Below are positions 8,038 through 18,329 of a DNA stretch of 64,000 nucleotides, piece after piece. How positions within the stretch are numbered: position 1 is the stretch's first letter; each line of letters opens with the position of its first letter. The position numbers and the translations under genes are program-made. The stretch comes from an uncultured bacterium (lineage in GTDB: Bacteria > Krumholzibacteriota > Krumholzibacteriia > JACNKJ01): positions 46,595 through 110,594 of the forward strand of contig CAZVHI010000005.1 of NCBI GenBank assembly GCA_964627205.1. Reading direction: 5' to 3'. The notes beneath the pieces are model-generated. The model did not search any database, was not told the DNA's origin, and was given only the letters and a program-made list of their open reading frames with translations.

Positions 8038-10815
8038 ATGGATACCATCCGCATCCGCGGTGCCCGCGAGAACAACCTGAAGAATCTCGACCTGGACATC
8101 CCCCGGGGGCGCCTGGTCGTGATCTCGGGCCTGAGCGGCTCGGGGAAGAGCAGCCTGCTTTTCGACACCCTCTACGCGGAGGGCCAGCGCCGCTACGTGG
8201 AGAGCCTCTCCACCTACACGCGCCAGTTCCTGGAGAGGTTGCGCCGGCCCGATGTGGACTCGCTCGAGGGCATCGGCCCCGCGGTGTCCATCCGCCAGAA
8301 GAACACCGTGCAGCACTCCCGCTCCACCGTCGCCACCTACACGGAGATCGCGGACTTCCTGCGCGTGCTCTTCGCCCGCGCGGGCGAACAGCACTGTCCG
8401 CGCTGCGGACGGCGCGTGCAGCGAGACGAGGCCTCGGACCTCGCCCTGTACCTGGGGCGCGAGTACGCGGGCGCCGCCGTCCTCGTGGCCTTCCCCTTCC
8501 GCCTGGGCGGTGGCGTGGGCGGCGAGCAGGTGCGCGAGGTCCTCGCGGCTAAGGGCTTCTCCCGTCTGCTGCAGGACGGACGCGCCCGGCGCCTCGCTGA
8601 CACCGAGAGCGCTGCATTGGAGAGCGACGAGTTGCTCGTGATCGTCGATCGCCTCACCCTTGCCGAAGAGACGCAGAGCCGCTTCGCCGAGGCGGTGGAG
8701 ACCGCCTATCGCGAGGGCGAGGGACGCCTGCGCCTGCTCGACGCCGACGGTGCCGAGCTGGGCCGTTACGCCGAGGGGACGGTCTGCGCGGAGTGCGAGG
8801 TCGAGCTGCCCGAGCCGCGCCCCTCCTTCTTCTCCTACCTCCGCGCCGAAGGCGCCTGCCCGGACTGCAAGGGTTACGGCAATCGGCTCGAGTTCGACCC
8901 GCACAAGCTCGTTCCCGATCCGCGTCTCAGCCTGGAGAACGGGGCCCTCGCTCCCTGGGCCTCGCAGCGCTTCGAGCGCCCGCGACGGCGTCTGCTCGAT
9001 TACTGCCGCGAGCACGGCATCTCCGTGCGCGAGCCCTTCTCGAGCCTGCCCGCGGCCACGCAGAAGCTGCTCCTGGAGGGCGGCAGGGGATTCCGCGGTC
9101 TCGTCCCCTGGTTCGAGGCGCTCCGCGGGAAGTCCTACAAGAAGTACGCTCGCTTCTTCTCCCGCCGCTTCATGTCCGAGATCAGCTGCGAGACCTGCGA
9201 CAGCAGCCGCCTGAGGCCCGAGGTGGCGCAAGTTCGTCTGGCGGAATGGACGCTGCCCGCCTTCTACAGGCTCTCTCTGCGGCAGGCGGCACGGGCGCTG
9301 GCGGAGCTCGACATCGGCGACCCAGCCGCGAAGGGCGTGGACCGGGTGCTGACGGAGCTGCGTTCCCGCTTCGACTTCCTGCTGCGCATGGGCCTGCACT
9401 ACCTCACGCTGGACCGCCCGACGCGCACTCTCTCCGGCGGCGAGTTCCAGCGCATCCACCTGGCGAACTCCCTCGGCAGCCATCTCACGGACACGCTCTA
9501 TGCCCTCGACGAGCCCACGGTGGGCCTGCACCCGCGGGACACGCAGCGCCTGCTCGAGACGCTCTACGAGCTGCGCGACCTGGGCAACAGCGTCCTGGTG
9601 GTCGAGCACGACCCCGAGGTCATCCGTGGCGCGGACGAGCTCATCGACCTGGGTCCGGGCAGCGGCGCGCGGGGGGGCGAGCTGGCCTACCAGGGACCCG
9701 TGAGGCCCCTGCCGCCTGTGGAGCCGGAGCATGCTTCGGCCACGCTGCGCTTCCTGGCCGGCCTCGAGCCGGTGAGCTTCGAGAGCGAGGATCGCCGGCC
9801 GCGGGGCAAGCTTCTCATCGAGGGGGTGAGCAAGCACAACCTGCGGGACCTCTCCGTGGAGTTCCCGCTCGGACAGTTCGTGGCCGTGTCCGGTGTGAGC
9901 GGCTCGGGCAAGAGTACCCTGGTAACCGACGTGCTGGTGTCCGCGCTGCGCAGCCCGGACGGGCCGCGGCCGGGCGACCCCTGGCGCCGCCTCCGCGGGG
10001 GGAGCCGCATCCAGAACGTGCGCGTCGTCGACCAGCGACCCGTCGGCAAGAGCCCTCGCAGCAACCCCGCGACCTATCTCGGGGCCTTCCAGTTCATCCG
10101 CCAGCTCTACGCCGCCCGCCCCGAGGCGCGGCAGCGTCGGCTCGGTCCTGAGCACTTCTCCTTCAACAGCAAGGAGGGGCGTTGCCCGGAGTGCAGGGGT
10201 CTGGGATCGGTGAAGCTGGAGATGGTCTTCATGGCCGACCTCTATGTGCCCTGCGAGGCTTGCGGGGGGAGCCGCTTCCGTCCCGAGAGCTTCGGCGTGC
10301 GCTACAAGGGGCGCAGCATCGCCGAGGCGCTGGACATGACCGTGGACGAGGCCATCCACTTCTTCGCCGGCCAGCACGCCCTGGGCGAACGCCTCTGGAT
10401 GCTGCACCGGGTCGGCCTCGGCTACTTGAAGCTGGGGCAGGGCGCCAGCACTCTCTCGGGCGGCGAGAGCCAGCGCCTCAAGATCGCGCGGGAGCTGGCG
10501 CAGGCGGGGGGAGAGCGCAACCTCTACATCCTCGACGAGCCGACCACCGGCCTGCATCCGCTGGACGTGCGGCAGCTCCTGGCGGTCTTTCGCCGCTTGC
10601 TCAAGGTGGGACATTCCCTCATCGTGATCGAGCACAATCCCCAGGTGCTGATCGCGGCGGACCACATCATCGATCTGGGGCCCGAGGGAGGGGACGAGGG
10701 CGGGCGCGTGGTCGCAGAGGGGCCGCCCGAGGCGATCGCCGCATCACCGCGTTCCCTGACGGGCCGCTACCTTGCGCCCCACCTGAGCGGGCAAACGACG
10801 AGGAGGGAAGCATGA
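8038..10815 (+). CDS. uvrA: Excinuclease ABC subunit A (UvrA, class I, two ABC modules).
   Basis: MDTIRIRGARENNLKNLDLDIPRGRLVVISGLSGSGKSSL, zinc-finger CxxC insertions, and a second Walker A GVSGSGKST. The track ORF begins 12 codons upstream at 8002, but the ATG at 8038 gives the canonical N-terminus. Confidence 0.9.
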   Translation: MDTIRIRGARENNLKNLDLDIPRGRLVVISGLSGSGKSSLLFDTLYAEGQRRYVESLSTYTRQFLERLRRPDVDSLEGIGPAVSIRQKNTVQHSRSTVATYTEIADFLRVLFARAGEQHCPRCGRRVQRDEASDLALYLGREYAGAAVLVAFPFRLGGGVGGEQVREVLAAKGFSRLLQDGRARRLADTESAALESDELLVIVDRLTLAEETQSRFAEAVETAYREGEGRLRLLDADGAELGRYAEGTVCAECEVELPEPRPSFFSYLRAEGACPDCKGYGNRLEFDPHKLVPDPRLSLENGALAPWASQRFERPRRRLLDYCREHGISVREPFSSLPAATQKLLLEGGRGFRGLVPWFEALRGKSYKKYARFFSRRFMSEISCETCDSSRLRPEVAQVRLAEWTLPAFYRLSLRQAARALAELDIGDPAAKGVDRVLTELRSRFDFLLRMGLHYLTLDRPTRTLSGGEFQRIHLANSLGSHLTDTLYALDEPTVGLHPRDTQRLLETLYELRDLGNSVLVVEHDPEVIRGADELIDLGPGSGARGGELAYQGPVRPLPPVEPEHASATLRFLAGLEPVSFESEDRRPRGKLLIEGVSKHNLRDLSVEFPLGQFVAVSGVSGSGKSTLVTDVLVSALRSPDGPRPGDPWRRLRGGSRIQNVRVVDQRPVGKSPRSNPATYLGAFQFIRQLYAARPEARQRRLGPEHFSFNSKEGRCPECRGLGSVKLEMVFMADLYVPCEACGGSRFRPESFGVRYKGRSIAEALDMTVDEAIHFFAGQHALGERLWMLHRVGLGYLKLGQGASTLSGGESQRLKIARELAQAGGERNLYILDEPTTGLHPLDVRQLLAVFRRLLKVGHSLIVIEHNPQVLIAADHIIDLGPEGGDEGGRVVAEGPPEAIAASPRSLTGRYLAPHLSGQTTRREA

Positions 10816-11783
10816 GGATCCTGGTGACCGGCGGCGCGGGCTACATCGGCGGGGGCTTCGTACGAGCATCGCTGGCGGCGGGCCACGAGCCGATCGTGCT
10901 GGACAAGCTCTCGACGGGCCACCGCGACGCGGTGCCAGAGGGCGTGGAGTTCGTGCACGCGGACATCCGGGAGCGCGCGCGGCTCGAGCCCTTGCTCGAG
11001 CGCTGCGAGGCCGTGGTCCACTTCGCTGCGCTGAGCATCGTCTCCGACTCGATCGCCGATCCCGTCGGCTACTACCGGGAGAACCTCGGCGTCTGGCTCG
11101 AGCTCCTGGATGCCATGAAGCGCCGCGGTCCCCGCAAGCTGATCTTCTCTTCGAGCGCCGCGGTCTACGGCAACGGCGAGGGCAGACCCTTCCGGGAGGA
11201 AGATCCCTGCCTGCCGGTGAATCCCTACGGCGGAACGAAGCTCGCCATGGAGCAGACGCTGGAGCACGTCGCAGGCGCGCTGGACATCGCCTGGTACAGC
11301 CTCCGCTACTTCAACGCCGCGGGCGCGCTCTCCGGGCACGGCGAGCGCCACGAGCCCGAGACGCATCTGATTCCCCTGGCCCTGGAAGCCGCCCTGGGCC
11401 TGCGCGAGCTGACCGTCTTCGGCAGCGACTACGAGACGCCCGACGGCACCTGTGTCCGCGACTACATTCACATCGCCGATCTGGCAGAGGCGCACCTGGC
11501 AGCGCTGGACGCCCTGGGCGCCGGCGGAAGCGGCATCCTGAACCTCGGCACGGGCCGGGGCCACTCGGTGCGGGAGGTCGCCGAAGCCGTGGAACGCGCC
11601 TCGGGTCGGCCCTTGCCCGCGCGGGAGGGGCCGCGGCGGGAAGGGGATCCCGCCTTCCTCGTGGCGGATGTCTCGAAGGCGGAGCGGGAGCTGGGCTGGC
11701 GAGCCTCCCGGCCGGACTTGGGCGAGATTGTGGGCTCCGCCTGGGAGTGGTCCCGACGCCTCCACGCCGGAAAGGCTGGCTAA
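10812..11783 (+). CDS. galE: UDP-glucose 4-epimerase (NAD-dependent epimerase, GalE).
   Basis: MRILVTGGAGYIGG, YxxxK segment (NPYGGTKLAME), and RBS AGGAGG. The ATG overlaps the uvrA stop (ATGA). Track ORF 10182..11783 includes upstream read-through. Confidence 0.85.
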   Translation: MRILVTGGAGYIGGGFVRASLAAGHEPIVLDKLSTGHRDAVPEGVEFVHADIRERARLEPLLERCEAVVHFAALSIVSDSIADPVGYYRENLGVWLELLDAMKRRGPRKLIFSSSAAVYGNGEGRPFREEDPCLPVNPYGGTKLAMEQTLEHVAGALDIAWYSLRYFNAAGALSGHGERHEPETHLIPLALEAALGLRELTVFGSDYETPDGTCVRDYIHIADLAEAHLAALDALGAGGSGILNLGTGRGHSVREVAEAVERASGRPLPAREGPRREGDPAFLVADVSKAERELGWRASRPDLGEIVGSAWEWSRRLHAGKAG

Positions 11784-11834
11784 GCCCCGCGCCACTTGAC
11801 ATTTAGCCCACCTGGTGCTTTAGTAGGTGTTCGC

Positions 11835-11909
11835 GCGAAGGTAGCTCAGTCGGTAGAGCAGCGGGCTGAAAACTCGCGTGTCGGCGGTTCAATTCCGTCC
11901 CTTCGCACC
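11835..11909 (+). tRNA. tRNA-Phe (anticodon GAA).
   Basis: Hand-folded cloverleaf. Acceptor GCGAAGG/CCTTCGC, D-arm GCTC..GAGC, anticodon loop CTGAAAA, T-arm GGCGG TTCAATT CCGTC, discriminator A. Confidence 0.85.
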
Positions 11910-11918
11910 GCGAACAGA

Positions 11919-11950
11919 CCCCGTCGCCGATCCAGGCGGCGGGGTTTTCC
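11919..11950 (+). terminator. Rho-independent terminator after tRNA-Phe.
   Basis: Stem CCCCGTCGCC / GGCGGCGGGG with a 7-nt loop, followed by TTTTCC. Confidence 0.55.
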
Positions 11951-12117
11951 CGTGCTTCCATTCCGCCTCCACTCGTCCGCTGATGTTCGAATCTCTCGAG
12001 ATGTTCCTCCCCCATGAGCTGACGAATCATTTGAGGATTGACAGATGGGAATTCCGAGGCTAGGTTTAGACATTAGTAGACCAACAACTCCTAAACTCAC
12101 ATTACCTGGGAGTGATG

Positions 12118-12567
12118 ATGATACTTTCTCGTGCGAGCGAGTATGCGATTCGCGCCATGGTTTATATGGCCGGACGGCAGACCGATGGTCCCATCCAGCT
12201 GAAGGAGATTGCGGAGGCGGAGAACATCCCATTCCATTTTCTCGCCAAGACCATGCAGGTGCTGACTCGCATTCGTCTGGTGAAGTCCTTCCGTGGACCC
12301 CACGGCGGCTTCACGCTGATGAAGCCAGCCGCCGAGATCCATCTTTTCGAAATCGTCAACGCTTTCGACGCCATCAGCCAGTGGGATACGACCTGCGTCC
12401 TGGGGATCAACCCCTGCTCGGATGACGTGATCTGTCCTCTACACGACGACTGGAGTCCGATCAAGGACAAGATCTTCGCCCTGTTCCAGGAGAGGACTCT
12501 CAACACCCTCGTCGGCAAGATCGAGGAGAAGCGTAGAAAGCTCCGCGAGATGGGTATGGCGGGCTGA
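12118..12567 (+). CDS. Rrf2-family transcriptional regulator (IscR/NsrR-like; three clustered Cys suggest Fe-S sensing).
   Basis: MILSRASEYAIRAMVYMAG...LVKSFRGPHGGFTL wHTH, with cysteines at CVLGINPCSDDVICPLH. RBS GGGAG. The track lists 12112 (GTG), and ATG at 12115 or 12118 is likelier. Confidence 0.8.
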   Translation: MILSRASEYAIRAMVYMAGRQTDGPIQLKEIAEAENIPFHFLAKTMQVLTRIRLVKSFRGPHGGFTLMKPAAEIHLFEIVNAFDAISQWDTTCVLGINPCSDDVICPLHDDWSPIKDKIFALFQERTLNTLVGKIEEKRRKLREMGMAG

Positions 12568-12650
12568 AGGGTTGGGACATCGCGGGCCGAGGCGGTCTGA
12601 ATGGGCCGCCTCCCCATCGTCCGCCGAATCAAGCGGCGGAAATCAGAAAA

Positions 12651-12683
12651 GGGGCGGATGCCGATCCGCCCCTTTCTTTTTCT
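12651..12683 (+). terminator. Rho-independent terminator downstream of the Rrf2 gene. It sits between convergent genes, so it is probably bidirectional.
   Basis: GGGGCGGAT gccg ATCCGCCCC followed by TTTCTTTTT. Confidence 0.6.
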
Positions 12684-12702
12684 CTTAGTACGTGGGTAGG
12701 GA

Positions 12703-13305
12703 TCAGAACAGGCTCTCCCTGGCCTCCACGTGCAGGTGCAGCCGGGTTACGAGGGCCTCTCCGTCGACGATACCCACGCCCGCGTCGCGTTCGAGACTAA
12801 GGGCCAACCCCACGTAGACGCGATCGTGCGCCTGAAAGAGCCCGAGGAAAGACGCCACGTCCACCTCCTCCTCGATCTCCGTGATCTCTCCGCCCGTGAG
12901 CGTACCGCCCAGGCTGAGGAGACGGTTCTCCTCGGACCAGAACACCGCCACGCTGTCGTGCCCGGCCACGAAGACGTCCAGGGTGAAGCCCATCTGCACC
13001 TCGCCGATCACGTTGCTGTTGTCGAAGCGGACCGTCGTGCGGATGCTCATGTCCTCGAGCTGCACGATCTCGCGCAGACCCTCGGGCGTCTCCACCGGCT
13101 CGATGGGGCTGTTCTGCTCCCAGTCGTCCTGGAAGGGCAGCAGGATGTAGTCGAAGCTGCGTTCGTCCTCGGGGATGAAGCTGTCCACGTCCAGGTTGAT
13201 GATGATGCGGTTCCCGCCGCAGCCCGGCAAAAGCACGGCCAGGACCAGAAGCGCGAACAGGATCCGGATCTTCCCGTCTCGCAGCATGTCTCTGGGATGT
13301 CTCAT
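12703..13305 (-). CDS. Hypothetical lipoprotein.
   Basis: Signal peptide with lipobox LLPGC, 200 aa. It is immediately downstream of, and co-directional with, the OMP-like gene. Confidence 0.6.
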   Translation of the reverse strand: MRHPRDMLRDGKIRILFALLVLAVLLPGCGGNRIIINLDVDSFIPEDERSFDYILLPFQDDWEQNSPIEPVETPEGLREIVQLEDMSIRTTVRFDNSNVIGEVQMGFTLDVFVAGHDSVAVFWSEENRLLSLGGTLTGGEITEIEEEVDVASFLGLFQAHDRVYVGLALSLERDAGVGIVDGEALVTRLHLHVEARESLF

Positions 13306-13321
13306 GAGCGCTCCTCCCTGT

Positions 13322-14698
13322 TCAGATCGTCAGACCCAGTCCGAGCGCCACGCCGCGCTCGTCCTGGATGTATCGATTGTGCGTTTCCAAGGCGATGTTC
13401 AGCTCCAGGGGACCCGTCCGGACGCCCAGGCCGCCGCTCACCTGCCAGCGGTCGCGGAAGTCCTTCCGCAGGCCGCCGCGCAGGGTCAGACGCCCGAGGT
13501 AGTACTCGCTCCCGAGGTGCAGCGTGTTCCGCCACGGTCGCAGCCTCAGCTCGCCCATGAGAAGCCACGTCTCCCGCGAGTAAGCGGCGTTCAGCGTCCA
13601 GAAGGGCGTGAAGCGGTAGGTGTGGCTCACCCCGCTCTCCAGGATCTCCGAGACGAGCTCGCCCTCGACGTCCCTGCCCTCCTCCGCCGGATCGACGAGG
13701 CGCCGCCTTTCGAGGGTCGTGCTGGCGAAGGTGATGCTGCCGGCCAGGTCGCGCACGCCGACCCCGAAGTCCCAGGGCCCCCTCCTCAAGACCAGCCCCG
13801 CGTCGAGCGCGAAGCCATGCCCGAGCGCGAAGCCGTCCGTGTAGCGCTCGTAGCTGACCTGGTCGACCGCGAAGTCCTCGCTGGCGAAGAGGGTGTCGCC
13901 CGTCTCCGCGCTCAGCGCGAGGTCCGAGCTGAGCATGCCGAAGCCGGTGATGACCTTCGGCGCGACGGCGAGGTAGATCTCCGTGTCGCCGTATGGGTTC
14001 ACGAGTCCCGCCAGGAGCAGCTTCCAGGCGACGCCTCCGGCGAGGTCGAGCTCGGCGTTCAGCCCGTAGCGGGAGTTGCCGAGCACCGAATCGCCCTCGG
14101 CGAGCACGCCGTAGAGCGCGTCATCCAGTTCAGCCCGCGCCGCGCCGTCCACGAAGGGGGCGACCTGCGCGCGCCAGCGCCAGCGCTCGTCGATGGTCTG
14201 TCCCAGCCCGAGGCTGAAGCGCTCCATGCGCAGACCGAAGTCCAACGGCTCCTGGGGGAGAAAGAGCGCCGCGTCCTCCCAGAAGAGGCGGAAATGGTCC
14301 AGCCCCAGGTCGATGAGGATGTCCCCGTCGAGGGGACTCGGCTCGGTGAGCTCCATGTGGAAGGGCGGATTGGCCATCAGATTGATGACGGCGACCGGGT
14401 CGAAGTCCTCGGACTCGGGATCCATGTGCGAGAGGACGTCGACCAGGGTGGGAAGCCCCAGGGGCAAGGGGATATTGAAGCCCCCGTCCGGGTAGCGATC
14501 GGGCACGACGGAGTATGCGGGATTCTCGCCGCCGAGCCTGCTCGCCAATGGAGGAACGGCGCCGCCCGTCGCCATGCGGCGGGCGTCGAGGTCGAGCGCC
14601 AGGCCCTGCCCCGCAACAAGGACGATGAGCAGCAGCGCGGGCGCCAGCCTGCGCGCCGCGGCTTTTCCCGAATCCTTGACCACTCTGAAACGCAACAT
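13322..14698 (-). CDS. Hypothetical secreted protein, probably an outer-membrane beta-barrel (about 459 aa).
   Basis: Signal peptide MLRFRVVKDSGKAAARRLAPALLLIVLVAGQG, followed by amphipathic beta-strand-like alternation. The track ORF 13322..15139 reads through the tRNA-Thr region, and the true ATG is at 14698. Confidence 0.55.
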   Translation of the reverse strand: MLRFRVVKDSGKAAARRLAPALLLIVLVAGQGLALDLDARRMATGGAVPPLASRLGGENPAYSVVPDRYPDGGFNIPLPLGLPTLVDVLSHMDPESEDFDPVAVINLMANPPFHMELTEPSPLDGDILIDLGLDHFRLFWEDAALFLPQEPLDFGLRMERFSLGLGQTIDERWRWRAQVAPFVDGAARAELDDALYGVLAEGDSVLGNSRYGLNAELDLAGGVAWKLLLAGLVNPYGDTEIYLAVAPKVITGFGMLSSDLALSAETGDTLFASEDFAVDQVSYERYTDGFALGHGFALDAGLVLRRGPWDFGVGVRDLAGSITFASTTLERRRLVDPAEEGRDVEGELVSEILESGVSHTYRFTPFWTLNAAYSRETWLLMGELRLRPWRNTLHLGSEYYLGRLTLRGGLRKDFRDRWQVSGGLGVRTGPLELNIALETHNRYIQDERGVALGLGLTI

Positions 14699-14836
14699 GC
14701 GATCGGCCCCCGTCCTTAGGAATCCGCATCGGGGCCCAGGGAACCCCGACAGATCCGACCTTGCCCGCGTCCCGGGCACCGGGAATATACAGGCAATCGG
14801 AGTACCATTTGCCGGGCCCGCGGCCCTTGCCGCCTC

Positions 14837-14866
14837 TTGACTTCCCACGGGACCGGACGCTATATA
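14837..14866 (+). promoter_or_regulatory. Putative sigma70 promoter for tRNA-Thr (TTGACT-18-TATATA).
   Basis: The hexamers lie 20-45 nt upstream of the tRNA 5' end. Confidence 0.45.
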
Positions 14867-14884
14867 GACCTGCTCGAAACACAC

Positions 14885-14957
<73 letters not shown>

Positions 14958-14998
14958 CCCGCCGAGTCCTCCCCTCGCGGGGAGGCTCCCGCTCCTCC

Positions 14999-15026
14999 GG
15001 CCGCTCCGTTCGGAGCGGCCTTTTCC
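14999..15026 (+). terminator. Rho-independent terminator after tRNA-Thr.
   Basis: GGCCGCTCC gttc GGAGCGGCC followed by TTTTCC. Confidence 0.6.
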
Positions 15027-15049
15027 GTGCCGTCTTTCTGGAGGTGCTC

Positions 15050-16430
15050 CATGTCCAAGGCTCCACTGATGGTGAGCGTCTCGGGGATCCGGGGCGTCGT
15101 GGGCGACTCGCTCGTTCCCGAGGTCCTCCTGCGTTTCACTGGTGCCTATGCAGCCTGGTGCCGCGCGCGCGGCGCTGGTCCGAACGCGCCCGTGGCCGTC
15201 GGTCGCGACGGGCGGCCGAGCGGGCGCATGGTCCTCGACCTGGTCAAGGGGACGCTCGCTGCCGCGGGTCTCGACACGGTGGACCTCGGAGTTTGCACGA
15301 CGCCCGGAACCGCCATGGCCGTTCCCCATCTCGGCGCGGTGGGGGGCATCGTCATCACGGCGAGCCACAACCCGGCGCCCTGGAACGCGCTGAAGTTCCT
15401 GGACGGCGAGGGCAACTTCCTCTCGGCGGAGCTGGGGCGCGAGGTGCTGGCCATCGCCGAGAAGGGCGGCTTCGATTGGCGGCCCCACTCCGAGCTCGGG
15501 ACCTTCCGCCGCTGGCGGGATGCCGCGGACCATCACGTCGAGGCGATCTGCGCGCTGCCGGGCGTCGAGCGAGAGCGTATCGCGGCCGGCGGCTATCGCG
15601 TGGTCGTGGATGCGGTGAACGCCTCGGGGAGCAAGGTCGCACCCATGCTGCTGTCCGCGCTGGGCGCGGAGGCGGTGCCGCTCTACTGCGATGGCAGCGG
15701 CGAATTCCCGCACGAGCCGGAACCGCGGCCGGCCCACCTCGGCGGGCTGTCGGAGGCGGTGCGCGAGCACGGGGCGCAGCTCGGTGTCGCCCTGGATCCC
15801 GACAGTGATCGTCTGGTGCTCGTCGACGAGCGGGGCACGGTGCTCTCCGAGGAGTACACGCTCGCGCTGGCGGCCGACTACTGGCTCTCGCTGGCGCCCG
15901 GTCCCGTCGCCGCCAACCTCAGCACGAGCCGCATGATCGACGACGTCGCCGCGCGCCACGGGCAGGTCTGCCATCGCTCGCCGGTGGGCGAGGCCCACGT
16001 CGTCGCGGCCATGAAGGAGCACGGGGCCGTCATCGGCGGGGAGGGCAACGGCGGCGTGATCCTGCCGGCGCTGCACGCGGGCCGCGACGGCCTGGTCGGC
16101 ACGGCCATGATCCTGTCCTCGCTGGCCGTGAGCGGGCGTCCGCTTTCGTCCCTCGTCGCGGATCTACCTGCATACGCCATGGAAAAGCGCCGCGTCGAAC
16201 TGCGCGAAAAGGGTGAGGTGGAGACGATCCGCGACCTGGCCGCGCAGCACTTCACGGGGGAACTCGACCACCGCGACGGCGTGAAGGCCAGCTATGCGGA
16301 GGGATGGCTGCATGTGCGGCCCTCCAACACGGAGGCGATCTTGCGCATCATCGGCGAGTCCGCGGATGCGAATTGGTTGCGGAGCAAGCTGGACGAGGCC
16401 GAGCGCTTCTTCGGGGAACATTTGGGTTGA
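15050..16430 (+). CDS. Alpha-D-phosphohexomutase family protein (phosphoglucosamine/phosphomanno/phosphoglucomutase-like).
   Basis: Active-site Ser loop GIVITASHNPAPWNALKF, sugar-binding loop VRPSNTEA, and Mg loop DPDSDR. It is adjacent to glmS, which is consistent with a GlmM role, although the catalytic loop departs from GlmM's NGIK motif. Track ORF 14922.. begins inside the tRNA. Confidence 0.7.
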
Positions 16431-16499
16431 AGGGTTGGTAGATCGGGCCGATAATCACTGCACCAGGTCCCTCGCACCCGTTCCAAGGAGCCCGATCCC

Positions 16500-18326
16500 A
16501 TGTGCGGAATCATTGGCTATCTGGGCGACCGCCCCGCCCTTCCCATCCTCCTTGCGGGACTGAAGCGCCTGGAGTACCGCGGCTACGACTCCTCGGGAGT
16601 CGCTCTCCACGAAGAGGGCGGACTCACGGTGGTCAAGCGGGAGGGGAAGATCCTCAACCTGGAGCAGGCTCTCCAGGAGCAGCGGCACGCAGCCACCACG
16701 GGCATCGCGCACACCCGCTGGGCGACGCACGGCGCCCCGACGCGGGTCAACGCGCACCCGCACGTGGACGGCCCCGGCGACCTCGCTCTCGTCCACAACG
16801 GGATCATCGAGAACTTCCACCTCCTGCGCCGCTACCTCACCGAGCAAGGCATCGAGTTCCAGACGGAGACCGACACCGAGGTGCTCGCACAGCTGATCTC
16901 CCACTACTACGACGGGAGTCTCGAGGAGGCGGTGAGGCGGGCGCTTTCCATCGTCGAGGGCACCTACGGCATCGCCGTCATCCACAAGGACCACCCGCGC
17001 AGGATGGTCGGCGCCCGCAACGGCAGCCCGATGGTGATGGGCATCGGCGACGGCGAGCACTTCCTCGCAAGCGATGTCGCAGCCATCCTCGCCCACACGC
17101 GCCAGGTGATCTACCTGGACGACCAGGAGATGGTCGTCGTGCAGGACGGCGAGTTCCACACGAAGACCGTCACCAACGAGAGCGTGGAGAAGGTCATCCA
17201 CCAGGTCGACTGGGATCTCGAGAGCATCGAGAAGGGCGGCTACTCCCACTTCATGCTGAAGGAGATCTTCGAGCAGCCGACCACGATCCGCGACTCATTC
17301 CGCGGTCGCCTCCTGGAAGAGGACGGAAACGCCCGTCTCGGCGGCCTGATCACCAATCTCGACTCGCTACGGCGCGTGGACCGCGTCATCTTCCTGGCCT
17401 GCGGGACCAGCTGGCATGCCGCTCTGATCGGCGAGTACATGGTCGAGAAGCTGGCGCGCATCCCCGTGGAAGTGGAGTACGCCTCCGAGTTCCGCTACCG
17501 CAACCCGATCCTGACCGAGAACAACGTCGCGTGGTCGATCAGCCAGTCCGGGGAGACGGTCGACACACTGGCCGCCATGCGCGAGGCGAAGACGAAGGGC
17601 GCGCTCGCGTTGGGTATATGCAACGTGGTGGGCAGCACCATCGCACGCGAGAGCGACGGGGGGGTCTACATCCACGCGGGCCCGGAGATCGGCGTGGCCA
17701 GCACCAAGGCCTTCACCAGCCAGGTGACGGTGCTCGCCATCATCACCTTGCTCCTCGGCCGCATGCGCTACATCTCGAAGGACCTCGGCCAGGAGCTCGT
17801 GCGGGAACTGCAGGCGATCCCGGACAAGGTGGAGCGCATCCTCGAGATGGACGGGCAGATCGCGGAGATCGCGCAGGCCTACGCGGAAGCCAACAACTTC
17901 CTCTACCTCGGGCGGGGGATCAACTTCCCGGTCGCCCTGGAGGGCGCGCTCAAGCTCAAGGAGATCTCCTACGTGCACGCCGAGGGCTATCCCGCGGCGG
18001 AGATGAAGCACGGTCCCATCGCGCTGATCGACGAGAACATGCCCGTGGTTTTCGTGAGCCCGCGCGGGGGCAGCAACGAGAAGATCCTCGGGAACATGGA
18101 GGAGGTGAAGGCCAGGGGCGGCCGCATCATCGCGGTGGTCAACGAGGGTGACACGAACGCCTCCGCCCTCGCCGACCACATCATCCCCATCCCCGAGACC
18201 GTGGAGTACCTGTCGCCTCTGCTCACGGTGATTCCCCTGCAGCTCCTCGCCTACCACATCGCCATCCTGCGCGGATGCAACGTGGATCAACCCCGCAACC
18301 TCGCCAAGAGCGTGACGGTGGAGTAG
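16500..18326 (+). CDS. glmS: Glutamine--fructose-6-phosphate aminotransferase (isomerizing).
   Basis: N-terminal MCGIIGY glutamine amidotransferase class II, two SIS domains, 608 aa. Confidence 0.95.
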   Translation: MCGIIGYLGDRPALPILLAGLKRLEYRGYDSSGVALHEEGGLTVVKREGKILNLEQALQEQRHAATTGIAHTRWATHGAPTRVNAHPHVDGPGDLALVHNGIIENFHLLRRYLTEQGIEFQTETDTEVLAQLISHYYDGSLEEAVRRALSIVEGTYGIAVIHKDHPRRMVGARNGSPMVMGIGDGEHFLASDVAAILAHTRQVIYLDDQEMVVVQDGEFHTKTVTNESVEKVIHQVDWDLESIEKGGYSHFMLKEIFEQPTTIRDSFRGRLLEEDGNARLGGLITNLDSLRRVDRVIFLACGTSWHAALIGEYMVEKLARIPVEVEYASEFRYRNPILTENNVAWSISQSGETVDTLAAMREAKTKGALALGICNVVGSTIARESDGGVYIHAGPEIGVASTKAFTSQVTVLAIITLLLGRMRYISKDLGQELVRELQAIPDKVERILEMDGQIAEIAQAYAEANNFLYLGRGINFPVALEGALKLKEISYVHAEGYPAAEMKHGPIALIDENMPVVFVSPRGGSNEKILGNMEEVKARGGRIIAVVNEGDTNASALADHIIPIPETVEYLSPLLTVIPLQLLAYHIAILRGCNVDQPRNLAKSVTVE

Positions 18327-18329
18327 ACC

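Noticed and set aside
7897-10665. 922-aa ORF on the minus strand opposite uvrA
   Set aside because: Antisense shadow of uvrA in a high-GC genome. Its Arg/Ala/Gly/Pro-rich composition is typical of shadow frames, and it has no recognisable domains. uvrA on the plus strand has unambiguous motifs.
16502-18151. 549-aa alternative-frame ORF inside glmS
   Set aside because: Frame +2 relative to glmS. The translation is Arg/Gly/Pro-rich without motifs. The glmS frame has the complete GATase and SIS domains.
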